Below are positions 9,668 to 18,935 of a DNA stretch of 64,000 nt, piece after piece. The DNA lies in NCBI GenBank assembly GCA_040877915.1, contig JBBDNA010000006.1, forward strand, positions 128,524-192,523, written 5' to 3'. The notes beneath the pieces are model-generated. The model was not told the origin of the DNA. It saw only the letters and a program-made list of their open reading frames with translations, and made no database searches. The position numbers and the translations under genes were made by a program. Within the stretch, counting starts at the first letter, position 1. Every line of letters starts with the position of its first letter. The stretch is from Dehalococcoidia bacterium (GTDB taxonomy: Bacteria > Chloroflexota > Dehalococcoidia > SM23-28-2 > RBG-16-64-32).

Positions 9668-11326
9668 CTACATCCGCTCCGGCGCGCTCACGCCCATCAG
9701 CCCCAGCGCCCGCGCCAGTACCAGCTTCGCCGCCGCGCACAGCTTGAGCCGCGCCCGCGACAGCGCCTCGTCCTCCGAAACTACGCGGCACTTCTCGTAG
9801 AAGTCGTGGAACGCGGTCGCCAGGTCCATCGCGTAGTACGGCAGCTGGTGCGGCTCCAGGCTCTCGGCGACGGTCTCCACCAGCTCCGGAAGCTGCAGCA
9901 TCTTGCGGATCAGGGCCAGCTCCGACTCGTGGGTGAGCAGCGACACGTCGCCGTCGTCGAAGGAGGCGATGCGCTCCCTGGCGTGCGACAGGATGCCGGC
10001 GATGCGGGCGTGGGCGTACTGCACGTAGTACACGGGGTTCTCGGCGCTCTGCCGCTTCGCCAGCTCGAGATCGAAGTCCATGTGCGAGTCCGCCGCCCGC
10101 GACACGAAGAAGAAGCGCACGGCGTCGGCGCCCACCTCCTCGACGACCTCGCGCAGGGTGATGATCTCGCCGGCGCGCTTGGACAGCCGCACCACCTCAT
10201 CGCCGCGCTTCAGCGTCACCAGCTGGTACACGATTATCGTCAGCCGCTCGGGGTCAACCCCGAGGGCCTTCACGGCCGCCTTCATCCGCGGCACGTGGCC
10301 CTGGTGGTCGGCGCCCCAGACGTTGATCACGCGCTGGAAGCCGCGCAGCAGGAACTTATCGTAGTGGTAGGCGATGTCCGAGGCGAAGTACGTCGGCTGG
10401 CCGGTGGAGCGAACGAGCACGCTGTCCTTCTCGTCTCCCAGCTCAAACGAGGCGAGCCAGACCGCCCCCTCGCGCTCCGTGACGTAGCCGCCCTCGCGCA
10501 GGTGCGCGATCGCCTTCTCGTACGTACCGTCGCTGTACAGGGAGCGCTCCGAGAACCAGTTGTCGTAGCGGACGCCGACCAGCGCCAGGTCCTCCTTGAT
10601 GGCGTCCATCATGTACCGGACACCGAGGTCGTGCACCTCTGGCGGGTAGGGCTCGCCCTCCGGCGCCAGCAGCGATTCGCCCTTCTCCGACTTCAGTCGC
10701 TCGGCCAGATCGGCCATGTACTCACCCGGGTAGCCGCCCTCCGGGATCTCCACCTCGCGCCCGAACAGCTGCTGATAGCGGGCGTACAGGGTGGCGGCGA
10801 ACGTCTGCGTCTGTGTCCCGGCGTCGTTCACCAGGTACTCGCGCTGCACCTCGAATCCGGCGGCGGCCAGGACGCCGGCCAGCGTGTCGCCCAGCGCCAG
10901 GCCGCGCCCGTTGCCGACGTGGATCGGCCCCACCGGGTTCGCGGAGACATACTCCACCTGCAGCGACTTGCCGCCGCCTATCGTCACGTTCCCGAACCGC
11001 TCGCCGGCCTTCAGCACCTCATCGACCTGCGACGAGAGCCACTGCGGGGTCAGACGGAAGTTCACGAACCCGGGCGGCGCCACGTCCACCTCCGCCAGCG
11101 AACCGTCGACCTCGACGTGCCTGGCGATGGCGGAGGCGATGTCCAGCGGTTTCATCCCGGCCGAGCGGGCCAGCCGCATGGCCAGGCTGGAGGCGTAGTC
11201 TCCGTGCCCCGGACGCTGGGGCCGCTCCAGGGGCATCTCGGGCAGCGCCAGGGCGGGTAGGTCGCCGGCGTCCTGCGCCCTGCGCACCGCCTCGGTTACC
11301 AGCCGCTCCAGCTCGTGCTTGATCAT
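9668..11326 (-). CDS. argS: Arginine--tRNA ligase
   Basis: HGDYAS, VEYVSANPVGPIHVGNGR (HIGH-like), YFASDIAYH, GADH, LSKRAG, PVYYVQYAHAR. Confidence 0.97.
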   Translation of the reverse strand: MIKHELERLVTEAVRRAQDAGDLPALALPEMPLERPQRPGHGDYASSLAMRLARSAGMKPLDIASAIARHVEVDGSLAEVDVAPPGFVNFRLTPQWLSSQVDEVLKAGERFGNVTIGGGKSLQVEYVSANPVGPIHVGNGRGLALGDTLAGVLAAAGFEVQREYLVNDAGTQTQTFAATLYARYQQLFGREVEIPEGGYPGEYMADLAERLKSEKGESLLAPEGEPYPPEVHDLGVRYMMDAIKEDLALVGVRYDNWFSERSLYSDGTYEKAIAHLREGGYVTEREGAVWLASFELGDEKDSVLVRSTGQPTYFASDIAYHYDKFLLRGFQRVINVWGADHQGHVPRMKAAVKALGVDPERLTIIVYQLVTLKRGDEVVRLSKRAGEIITLREVVEEVGADAVRFFFVSRAADSHMDFDLELAKRQSAENPVYYVQYAHARIAGILSHARERIASFDDGDVSLLTHESELALIRKMLQLPELVETVAESLEPHQLPYYAMDLATAFHDFYEKCRVVSEDEALSRARLKLCAAAKLVLARALGLMGVSAPERM

Positions 11327-11425
11327 CGGTCTCCTGAAAGCACCAACCGCCCCGAGGGGCGGCGTTTACGGGTCGATTCTACCAATCGTCGCGGCTGGGC
11401 GCGACCCTGCCACGCAGCTCTGCCG

Positions 11426-13888
11426 CTAGGACGCCTCCGCCGTGATCCGCGCCCACAGCTCGCTCACGCGCGCGCCCAGCGCCGCGTGCTCCGGCCGCGA
11501 CAGCTCCGGGTCCTCGTCGAGGAGCCGCGTGGCCTCCCCCCGCGCCTGCTCGATCAGGGCCACGTCGGTCAGCCGCGCGACCTTGAGGTCAGGCAACCCA
11601 GACTGGCGCGTCCCGAAGTACTCGCCCTCGCCGCGAATGCGCAGGTCCTCCTCAGCCAGCTTGAACCCATCGTGCGTCGTCTCCACGATGCGCAGTCGCT
11701 CCTGCGCCTCCTCCGATTCGTTGTCCGACGACAGCAGGCAGTAGGCCTGCGTGCTGCTGCGGCGTACGCGGCCGCGGAACTGGTGCAGCTGGGCCAGCCC
11801 GAACCGGTCCGCGCCCTCGACCAGCATGACGGTGGCGTTGGGCACGTCGACGCCGACCTCGACGACGGCAGTCGACACCAGCACGTCGAGGTCGCCATCG
11901 CGGAACGAGCGCATCACCGAGTCCTTGTCGCCCGGCGTCATGCGCCCGTGCAGCAGCCCCATCCGCAGCTCCGGGAACACCTCCGTCGAGAGACGCTCGT
12001 ACTCCTGGACGGCGGCCCGCGCTGCCACCGCCTCGGACTCCTCGACCAGCGGGCAGATGATGTACCCCTGACGCCCGGCCGCCACCTGCTTGCGCAGGAA
12101 GTCGTACGCCTGCTGGCGCTGGTTGGCTCGCAGGCGGTACGTCTTCACCGGTGGGCGGCCCGGCGGCATCTCGTCCAGCACCGTCAGGTCCAGGTCGCCG
12201 TACACCGTGAGCGCCAGCGTGCGCGGGATCGGCGTCGCGGTCATCACCAGCACGTGCGGGCTGGCCCCCTTCGCGCGCAGCGCGGCCCGCTGCTCGACCC
12301 CGAACCGGTGCTGCTCGTCGACGACGACGAGGCCGAGCCGGTCGAACTCCACGTCGCCCTGGATCAGCGCCTGCGTGCCGATGGCGATGTCCGTCTCGCC
12401 GCTGGCGATGCTCTCCTGCGCCGCCGCCTTCTCCGAGGCCTTCAGGCTGCCCCGCAGCAACGTCACCCGCAGCGGCCGCTCCAGGTACGGCGGCGTGAAC
12501 ACGTCCCGCCAGAGCCCGTCCTCGCCGCTGGCGAACAGCGAGCAGAACGTACGGTAGTGCTGCTCGGCCAGCACCTCGGTCGGGGCCATGATGGCGCCCT
12601 GGTGGCGGGCGGCGACGGCCGCGAGCAGCGCCATCGCCGCGACGACGGTCTTGCCGCTGCCCACGTCGCCCTCCAGCAGGCGGTTCATCGGCACCCGGCC
12701 GGCTACGTCGCCCAGCACGGCGTCCACGGCCCGCCGCTGCGCCTGCGTCATCTCGAACGGCAGGGACGACTCGAATCCGCGGCGTACGGCATCCGGCAGC
12801 GATAGCTCCGGCGCCGCGCCGGCCGCCTGCCACTCCTTGCGACGCTTGACCACGCCCAGCTCGATGTACAGCAGCTCCTCCAGCGCGAACCGCCGCCGCG
12901 CCGCCGCCGCCTCCTCCGCCGACTCCGGCGCGTGCATCCCCCGCATCGCGGTCACCACGGCCGGCGCCTTGAGCGCCCGCCGCACGTCCTCCGGCAGCGA
13001 CTCCACCAGCTTGCCGGCGAACGCGTCCACGGCCTCGCGGGCCAGCCGCCGCAGCAGACGCTGGGGCAGGTCTTTGGTGGCCGGGTACACCGGCACGATC
13101 CGCCGCGTGTGGACGGAGTCGCCCTCCAGCGGCTCCCACTCCGGGTTCTCCATCTGGCGCAGGCCCCGGTAGGCCGTCACTTTACCGCTGAGCGCCACCT
13201 TCATCCCTTCCCGCAGCTGCCGCGCGACGTACGTCTGCCCCCACCAGACGACGCGCAGCGTCCCCGTCTTGTCGCTGACGACGGCCTCCGTGGCCTTGCG
13301 ACGCCCGACCATGCCGGCGCCGGCCGAGAAGACGTCAGCCAGCAGCGTCTGCTCCTCGCCGACGACGAGCTTCGATATCGGCCGCACCTGCGAGTAGTCG
13401 TTGTAGCGGAACGGGAAGTGGTACAGGAGGTCGCGCACGCTTTCGACGCCCAGGCGCTTGAGCTTCGCGGCGTAGTTCCGGCTCACGCCGCTGAACACGT
13501 CGACGGGCGAGTCCAGCGTGCCGAGCACCGTCACCTTGCCTCGCGCGGCTGGTTTCGGCGCTCGCGTCGCGCCGTTAGTGGCACCAGGCGCCGGCCGTGG
13601 GGGTTTCGTCAGCGGCGGCGCCGGCTCCGGCGCATCGGGGATCGGATCGTCCAGCGACGCCTCCAGCTCGTCGAGCACGGTGCGGCGCTGGACGGGGTGC
13701 AGGGCGTGGTAGCCGCCGGGCGGCAGAGCGCGCAGCACCCGCTGGAAGCGATGGGTCTTGGGGACAGGCTGCTCCGACAGGAAGTGCTGGAGGTGCGAGT
13801 CCAGACCGCCGATTACCGCCGTGTCCCCGAACTCGCGCTTGCGCTCCAGCGACAGGACCTTGCGCAGCCTTTCGACCGCGTCCGTCAA
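11426..13888 (-). CDS. recG: ATP-dependent DNA helicase RecG (with N-terminal extension)
   Basis: LLYHFPFRY wedge region, RLLEGDVGSGKT, VVDEQHRFG, MTATPIPRTL, GLAQLHQFRGRV, DLRIRGEGE. Confidence 0.97.
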   Translation of the reverse strand: MTDAVERLRKVLSLERKREFGDTAVIGGLDSHLQHFLSEQPVPKTHRFQRVLRALPPGGYHALHPVQRRTVLDELEASLDDPIPDAPEPAPPLTKPPRPAPGATNGATRAPKPAARGKVTVLGTLDSPVDVFSGVSRNYAAKLKRLGVESVRDLLYHFPFRYNDYSQVRPISKLVVGEEQTLLADVFSAGAGMVGRRKATEAVVSDKTGTLRVVWWGQTYVARQLREGMKVALSGKVTAYRGLRQMENPEWEPLEGDSVHTRRIVPVYPATKDLPQRLLRRLAREAVDAFAGKLVESLPEDVRRALKAPAVVTAMRGMHAPESAEEAAAARRRFALEELLYIELGVVKRRKEWQAAGAAPELSLPDAVRRGFESSLPFEMTQAQRRAVDAVLGDVAGRVPMNRLLEGDVGSGKTVVAAMALLAAVAARHQGAIMAPTEVLAEQHYRTFCSLFASGEDGLWRDVFTPPYLERPLRVTLLRGSLKASEKAAAQESIASGETDIAIGTQALIQGDVEFDRLGLVVVDEQHRFGVEQRAALRAKGASPHVLVMTATPIPRTLALTVYGDLDLTVLDEMPPGRPPVKTYRLRANQRQQAYDFLRKQVAAGRQGYIICPLVEESEAVAARAAVQEYERLSTEVFPELRMGLLHGRMTPGDKDSVMRSFRDGDLDVLVSTAVVEVGVDVPNATVMLVEGADRFGLAQLHQFRGRVRRSSTQAYCLLSSDNESEEAQERLRIVETTHDGFKLAEEDLRIRGEGEYFGTRQSGLPDLKVARLTDVALIEQARGEATRLLDEDPELSRPEHAALGARVSELWARITAEAS

Positions 13889-13892
13889 GCGG

Positions 13893-14738
13893 CTACTCTT
13901 CCCCCTCCAGCAGGCCGATGGCCAGGACGCCCGGGCCGGCGTGCGTACCGATGACCGGGCCCACTCTCGTCACCAGGATGTTCACGCCGGGCACGGCCTC
14001 CTCCAGCCGCACCTGGAGATCGTGCGCGTCCCCCGGATTCGTCGAATAGCCGATGGCGATCTCGCGCACGTTGGGATAGGACGTCGCGATCTGGAACAGA
14101 CGCTCCATGGCGTGGGCCTTCGTACGCAGTCGCTCCTCGGGGTGCACCTCGCCATCGCGGATCGAGAGCAGCGGCTTTACCCTGAGCATCGCCCCCAGGA
14201 AGGCGCGCCCGCGGCCGATTCGGCCGCCGCGACGCAGGTACTCCAGCGTGTCCAGCATCACGTAGATGCGGATGCGCTTGATCGCGCTCTCGGCCACGGC
14301 CCGCACCTGCTCGATGTCGGCGCCCGAGCGGGCGGCCCGCGCTGCCGCCAGGGTCACGAACGTCAACCCCAGCGATACTACCTGCGAGTCCACCACCTCC
14401 ACTCTGGCGCCCCGGTCGGCCAGGATCTCCGCCGCTTGCAGCGCGTTGTTGTAGGTCGCCGAGAGCTTGGACGAAAGGTGAACGGAGACGATCTCGTTGG
14501 TCTCTTTGAGCAGAGGCTCGTAGACCTCCAGGAAGTCGCCGACGGAGGGCGCGGAGGTCGTCGGGTGGACCTTGCCGTGGGCCAGCTTGTCGTAGAACAA
14601 GTCGTGGTTTATGTCGACTCCCTCGCGGTAAACCTCCGCGCCGAAGATGACGCTGAGGGGGACGACGGCGATGCCCAGGTCATTGGCGAAGTTAAGGGGG
14701 AGGTCGGCGGTCGTGTCCGTGACTATGCGAACGGCCAA
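13893..14738 (-). CDS. DegV family fatty-acid-binding protein (FakB-like)
   Basis: IVTDTTADLP, PTTSAPS, LSSKLSATY, LEYLRRGGRIG, VIGTHAGPG; TTG start chosen from AAGGAG spacing. Confidence 0.92.
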   Translation of the reverse strand: MAVRIVTDTTADLPLNFANDLGIAVVPLSVIFGAEVYREGVDINHDLFYDKLAHGKVHPTTSAPSVGDFLEVYEPLLKETNEIVSVHLSSKLSATYNNALQAAEILADRGARVEVVDSQVVSLGLTFVTLAAARAARSGADIEQVRAVAESAIKRIRIYVMLDTLEYLRRGGRIGRGRAFLGAMLRVKPLLSIRDGEVHPEERLRTKAHAMERLFQIATSYPNVREIAIGYSTNPGDAHDLQVRLEEAVPGVNILVTRVGPVIGTHAGPGVLAIGLLEGEE

Positions 14739-14828
14739 GTGCACTCCTTATGGGCGCAGTATAGCAGCCACGACCGTGTGTTCAAACGAAACGGCGACGC
14801 GGGGCGGGTGGCCCTGTCCCACGCCGGT

Positions 14829-16481
14829 CTATTCCACCGAGACGATGTAGTCGTAGTGCGGCTGGCCACCGAACACCACCTCCACCTCGAACCGTGGCAG
14901 GCTCTCCCGCACGCGCTCGCCCAGCGCCTCGGCGTCGCCCTGGGCGGTGTCCGCGCCGTAGTACAGCGTGACCAGGCTGCCGCCGTCCTCGCCGAGCCCG
15001 GCCAGCGCCTGCAGGACGCCTTCCTCCGCCGTCTCGGCCGCCAGCTTCAGCTCGTCGTCGACGATGGCGATGATCTGCCCCTCCGCCACCTTCACCCCGC
15101 CCACGCTCGTCGAGCGCGCAGCCCGGCACACCTCGACGGTCACCACTCCCTGGCGCGCCTCCTCCATCGCCGCCGCGTTGGAGTCCGCATCGCCCTCCGG
15201 GTTCACGGCCAGCAGCGCCGCTATCCCCTGGGGGATCGAGCGCGTCTCCACCACTCGCAGCCGTTTCTGCGTCAGGTCCACGGCCTGCTGGGCGGCCAGG
15301 ATGATGTTCTTGTCGTTCGGCAGCACCACGACGTCGTCGGACGGGCAGGCCTCCACAGCGTCCAGGATGTCCCGCGTGCTGGGGTTCATGGTGGGGCCGC
15401 CGGAGACGATCTTCGTGCAACCCACACTGCGGAAGACGGAGGCCATCCCCTCGCCCGCCGCGACCGCGACGGTCGATATCGTCCCGGCCTCGGCCTCCGC
15501 GGCCGGCGGGCGTTCGTGCCGCTCCAGGAAGCGGTCCGCCTGCTCGCGGATGTTGTCGACCTTCACCTGCATCAGGGATCCGATGCCCGTCGCGTAGTTC
15601 AGCGCCGCCCCCGGGTCGTCGGTGTGGACGTGGACGCGCAGCAGCCGCTCGTCGCCGACGACGAGGACGGAGTCGCCCAGCTCCATCATGCGGTTGCGCG
15701 CGGAGTCCGCGGCCAGCGACTCACCGGCGACGAGCAGCTCCGTGCAGTAGCCGTACAGCGATTCCTCCTGCTCGTGGACGCGCACCGTCACCGTCAGCCA
15801 GTCGCGGCCGACCTGGCCCTCCGGGGCGCCGCTCGGCGCCTCCATGGGCTCGCCCTTCAGGTGCCGCGACATCCCGTCCAGCAGGACGACGAGCCCCTTG
15901 CCGCCGGCGTCGACGACGCCCGCCTCCTTGAGCACCGGCAGCAGCTCCGGCGTCCGCTCCAGGCTGGCCTCCGCCTCCGCCAGCGTCGCCTCGACGACGG
16001 CGATGACATCTCCGGCACCGGCCTCGAGCGACGCCTTCGCCGCCGCAGCCGCCTCGCGGACAACCGTCAGGATCGTTCCCTCGGCCGGTGTCGTCACGGC
16101 CTTGTAGGCGGCGGTCGCGCCTTCCTCCAGCGCCTGTACAAGAGTCGGCGCGTCCACGCTGTCAGACTCGCCGATGCCGGCGGTCATCCCGCGGATGATC
16201 TGCGACAGGATGACGCCGGAGTTGCCGCGGGCGCCCATCAGCGCCCCGCGTGACATCGCGGCCATGATAGCGGCGGCGCCCTCCTCCGGCGACTTCTGCG
16301 CCTCCTCCATCACGGAGCGCATCGTCAGGTACATGTTGGTGCCGGTATCGCCGTCAGGGACGGGGAAGACGTTGATCGCGTTGACCGAGTCCGCGTTTTT
16401 CTCCAGCCAGCCCGCGGCGGCGCCGAACATGTCGCGCAACTGGCCACCGGACAGCGCCTCGATGGTCGCGCGGGTCGTCAT
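14829..16481 (-). CDS. DAK2 domain protein (fatty acid kinase subunit FakA-like)
   Basis: INVFPVPDGDTGTNM, GARGNSGVILSQ, EGTILTV, VDAGGKG, YGYCTE, GGQPHY; next to DegV, recG and rpmB. Confidence 0.93.
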   Translation of the reverse strand: MTTRATIEALSGGQLRDMFGAAAGWLEKNADSVNAINVFPVPDGDTGTNMYLTMRSVMEEAQKSPEEGAAAIMAAMSRGALMGARGNSGVILSQIIRGMTAGIGESDSVDAPTLVQALEEGATAAYKAVTTPAEGTILTVVREAAAAAKASLEAGAGDVIAVVEATLAEAEASLERTPELLPVLKEAGVVDAGGKGLVVLLDGMSRHLKGEPMEAPSGAPEGQVGRDWLTVTVRVHEQEESLYGYCTELLVAGESLAADSARNRMMELGDSVLVVGDERLLRVHVHTDDPGAALNYATGIGSLMQVKVDNIREQADRFLERHERPPAAEAEAGTISTVAVAAGEGMASVFRSVGCTKIVSGGPTMNPSTRDILDAVEACPSDDVVVLPNDKNIILAAQQAVDLTQKRLRVVETRSIPQGIAALLAVNPEGDADSNAAAMEEARQGVVTVEVCRAARSTSVGGVKVAEGQIIAIVDDELKLAAETAEEGVLQALAGLGEDGGSLVTLYYGADTAQGDAEALGERVRESLPRFEVEVVFGGQPHYDYIVSVE

Positions 16482-16596
16482 CGCCTGCTGGGGATACGAG
16501 AGGGGGGAGGAATCGCCTTGCCGCTGCCGGATGCGGGTGTTATCATGCGTTCCGTCCCATTCTATCACGCGACTTCAGAGCGTAAAGGCGAGCGAT

Positions 16597-16806
16597 ATGG
16601 CCAGATGCGACGTCTGCGGCAAGGGCACGAGCTTCGGCCGCAACATACGGCACAAGCACTCGGGGCGATGGGAACGCAAGGCCCCGAGGACGAACCGCAC
16701 GTTCAAGGCGAACGTCCAGAAGCGGACGTTCCGCGTTGCCGGTCAGACGATGCGCTTGAAGGTCTGCACGCGCTGCCTGCGCACCCAGTTCAAGGCCGCC
16801 GTCTAA
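16597..16806 (+). CDS. rpmB: 50S ribosomal protein L28 (Zn-ribbon, two CxxC pairs)
   Basis: MARCDVCGKG..FGRN...TNRTFKANVQ...KVCTRCLR. Confidence 0.93.
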   Translation: MARCDVCGKGTSFGRNIRHKHSGRWERKAPRTNRTFKANVQKRTFRVAGQTMRLKVCTRCLRTQFKAAV

Positions 16807-16824
16807 CCCGCCTTGACCCCAGTT

Positions 16825-16850
16825 GTAGGTCGGGGTCTTCAGACCCCGAC
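16825..16850 (+). repeat. GTAG-tagged REP-like hairpin with TTCA loop
   Basis: GTAG-GTCGGGGTC-TTCA-GACCCCGAC, perfect 9-bp stem between convergent rpmB and rpe. Confidence 0.85.
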
Positions 16851-16851
16851 G

Positions 16852-17559
16852 CTAGCCTCTAACCCGCCCCTGCCTGCCGGCAGGGAGGTCCACACCCGCC
16901 AGCGCTTCACGCAGCCGCGAGATGTTCTCCGTTACCGATGCGCTCTCGTTGAAGACGGCCGAGGCGGCGACCAGCGACGTGGCGCCGGCGGCGGCGCAGA
17001 CCGGCGCGTTGCCGGCCGTCACCCCGCCGTCGATCTCGATCTCCGTGGCCAGCCCCGCCTCGTCGATGAGCTGTCGCAGGCGTCGCACCTTGGGCAGCGC
17101 CGACTCGATGAACTTCTGGCCGCTCCAGCCCGGGTTTACGCTCATCACGATGACCTGGTCGAGCTCCGGCAGCAGCGGCTGAAGGACGTCGACGCCGGTG
17201 CCGGGGTTGAGGCAGGCCCCGGCCAGCTTGCCGCGCCCCCGTACCTCTCGCGCGATCCGGTGCAGGTGCGCCGTCGCCTCCACGTGCACGTTGATGATGT
17301 CGCCGCCGGCGTCCATGAACGCGCCGGCGTGGCGCTCCGGCTCCACGATCATCAGGTGGACGTCCAGCGGCAGCCCCGTCACGCGTCGAACCGCCTCCAC
17401 GATGGGCAGGCCCAGCGTTATCGGCGGCACGAAGCGGCCGTCCATCACGTCGATGTGGATCGCATCGGCGCCGGCCGCCTCCGCCTCCCGCACCTGCTCC
17501 CCCAGCCGCGCGAAGTCGGCCGAGAGGATCGACGGGGCGAGCTTGACGCCGGCCGCCAC
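16852..17559 (-). CDS. rpe: Ribulose-phosphate 3-epimerase
   Basis: LAPSILSADF, IHIDVMDGRFVP, DVHLMI, MSVNPG, EIDGG; GTG overlaps the argH stop. Confidence 0.95.
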   Translation of the reverse strand: MAAGVKLAPSILSADFARLGEQVREAEAAGADAIHIDVMDGRFVPPITLGLPIVEAVRRVTGLPLDVHLMIVEPERHAGAFMDAGGDIINVHVEATAHLHRIAREVRGRGKLAGACLNPGTGVDVLQPLLPELDQVIVMSVNPGWSGQKFIESALPKVRRLRQLIDEAGLATEIEIDGGVTAGNAPVCAAAGATSLVAASAVFNESASVTENISRLREALAGVDLPAGRQGRVRG

Positions 17560-18935
17560 TAGCCCAGCCGCTCCCGCGCCCGCTTGAGCGCCTCTTCGAC
17601 GCGCCGCGGCGAGGTGCCGCCCGGCGCGTCCCGCGCCGCTAGCGCCGACCTCAGGTCGAGCGCGAGCACGTCCTCGTCGAACGAGGGCGAGAAACGACGG
17701 TACTCCTCCAGCGTCAGCTCCGGCAGCGACTTCCCCTCCATCTGGGCGTAGCGCACCAGCTCCGCGACCGCCTGGTGGGCGTCGCGGAAGGCCACGCCCC
17801 GGCGCACGAGGTAGTCGGCGACGTCCGTAGCCAGGATGTAGGAGCCGCTGGCCGCTGCCTCCGGCAGCAGCGGGTCGATACGGAGGGCCGGCAGCATCGC
17901 CGCCATCACCTCCAGCGTCGAGGTCAGCGTGTCGACTGTGTCGAACAGTGGCTGCTTGTCCTCCTGGAGGTCGCGGTTGTAGGCCAGGGGGAGCGCTTTC
18001 AGTGTCGTCAGAATGGCGATCAGGTTGCCGTACACGCGGCCCGTCTTCCCGCGGGCTAGCTCGGCGACGTCCGGGTTCCGCTTCTGGGGCATAATGCTCG
18101 ACCCCGTAGCGAACTCCTCCGGCAGCCCCACGAAGCCGAACTCGTCGCTCGACCACAGGACGATCTCCTCGGCCAGGCGCGACAGGTGCATCATCGTGAT
18201 CGCCGCCGCCGCCTGGAACTCGACGACGAAGTCGCGGTCGGAGACGGCGTCCACGCTGTTCTCGGCGATGCGGGAGAACCCCAGCTCGCGGGCCACGAAC
18301 CCGGGATCGATGTCGTAGGGGACGCCGGCCAGCGCGCCGGCGCCCAGGGGCAGGACATCGGCCCGCCGGCGACAGTCCGCGAACCGTTCCGCGTCGCGGT
18401 CCAGCATCTCGAAGTAGGCCAGCAGGTGGTGCGCGAACAGCAGCGGCTGCGCCCGCTGGAGGTGGGTGTAGCCGGGCATGATCACGTCACGGTTCGCCTC
18501 CGCCAGGCCGACCAGCGCCGACTGCGCCGCCCCGATGCCGGCGACCGTAGCGTCGCACGACTCCATGACGTACAGCCGCATATCAGTGGCGATCTGGTCA
18601 TTGCGGGAGCGCGCCGTGTGCAGGCGCCCGCCCGCCTCGCCGATCTTGTCCGTGAGCCGGGCCTCGATGTTGAGGTGGATGTCCTCCAGCTCCTGGCGGA
18701 AGGGGAATGTCCCGCCCTCGATCTCGCTGCGGATCTCCTCCAGCCCGCGCACGATCGCCTCAGCGTCGTCGCCGGGGACGATCCCCTGCTTCGCCAGCAT
18801 GCGAGCGTGCGCGATCGAGGCGGCGATGTCGTGCGCGTAGAGGCGGCGGTCGAACGAGATCGAGGCGCTGTAGTCCAGCGCGCGCCGGTCCAGGCCGCGG
18901 GCGGTGGGGCTCTCCGGCTTGCCCTCGGCCGTCAC
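17559..18935 (-). CDS. argH: Argininosuccinate lyase
   Basis: LHTARSRNDQ, MPGYTHLQRAQ, TGSSIMPQKRNPD, YNRDLQEDK. Confidence 0.97.
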   Translation of the reverse strand: MTAEGKPESPTARGLDRRALDYSASISFDRRLYAHDIAASIAHARMLAKQGIVPGDDAEAIVRGLEEIRSEIEGGTFPFRQELEDIHLNIEARLTDKIGEAGGRLHTARSRNDQIATDMRLYVMESCDATVAGIGAAQSALVGLAEANRDVIMPGYTHLQRAQPLLFAHHLLAYFEMLDRDAERFADCRRRADVLPLGAGALAGVPYDIDPGFVARELGFSRIAENSVDAVSDRDFVVEFQAAAAITMMHLSRLAEEIVLWSSDEFGFVGLPEEFATGSSIMPQKRNPDVAELARGKTGRVYGNLIAILTTLKALPLAYNRDLQEDKQPLFDTVDTLTSTLEVMAAMLPALRIDPLLPEAAASGSYILATDVADYLVRRGVAFRDAHQAVAELVRYAQMEGKSLPELTLEEYRRFSPSFDEDVLALDLRSALAARDAPGGTSPRRVEEALKRARERLG

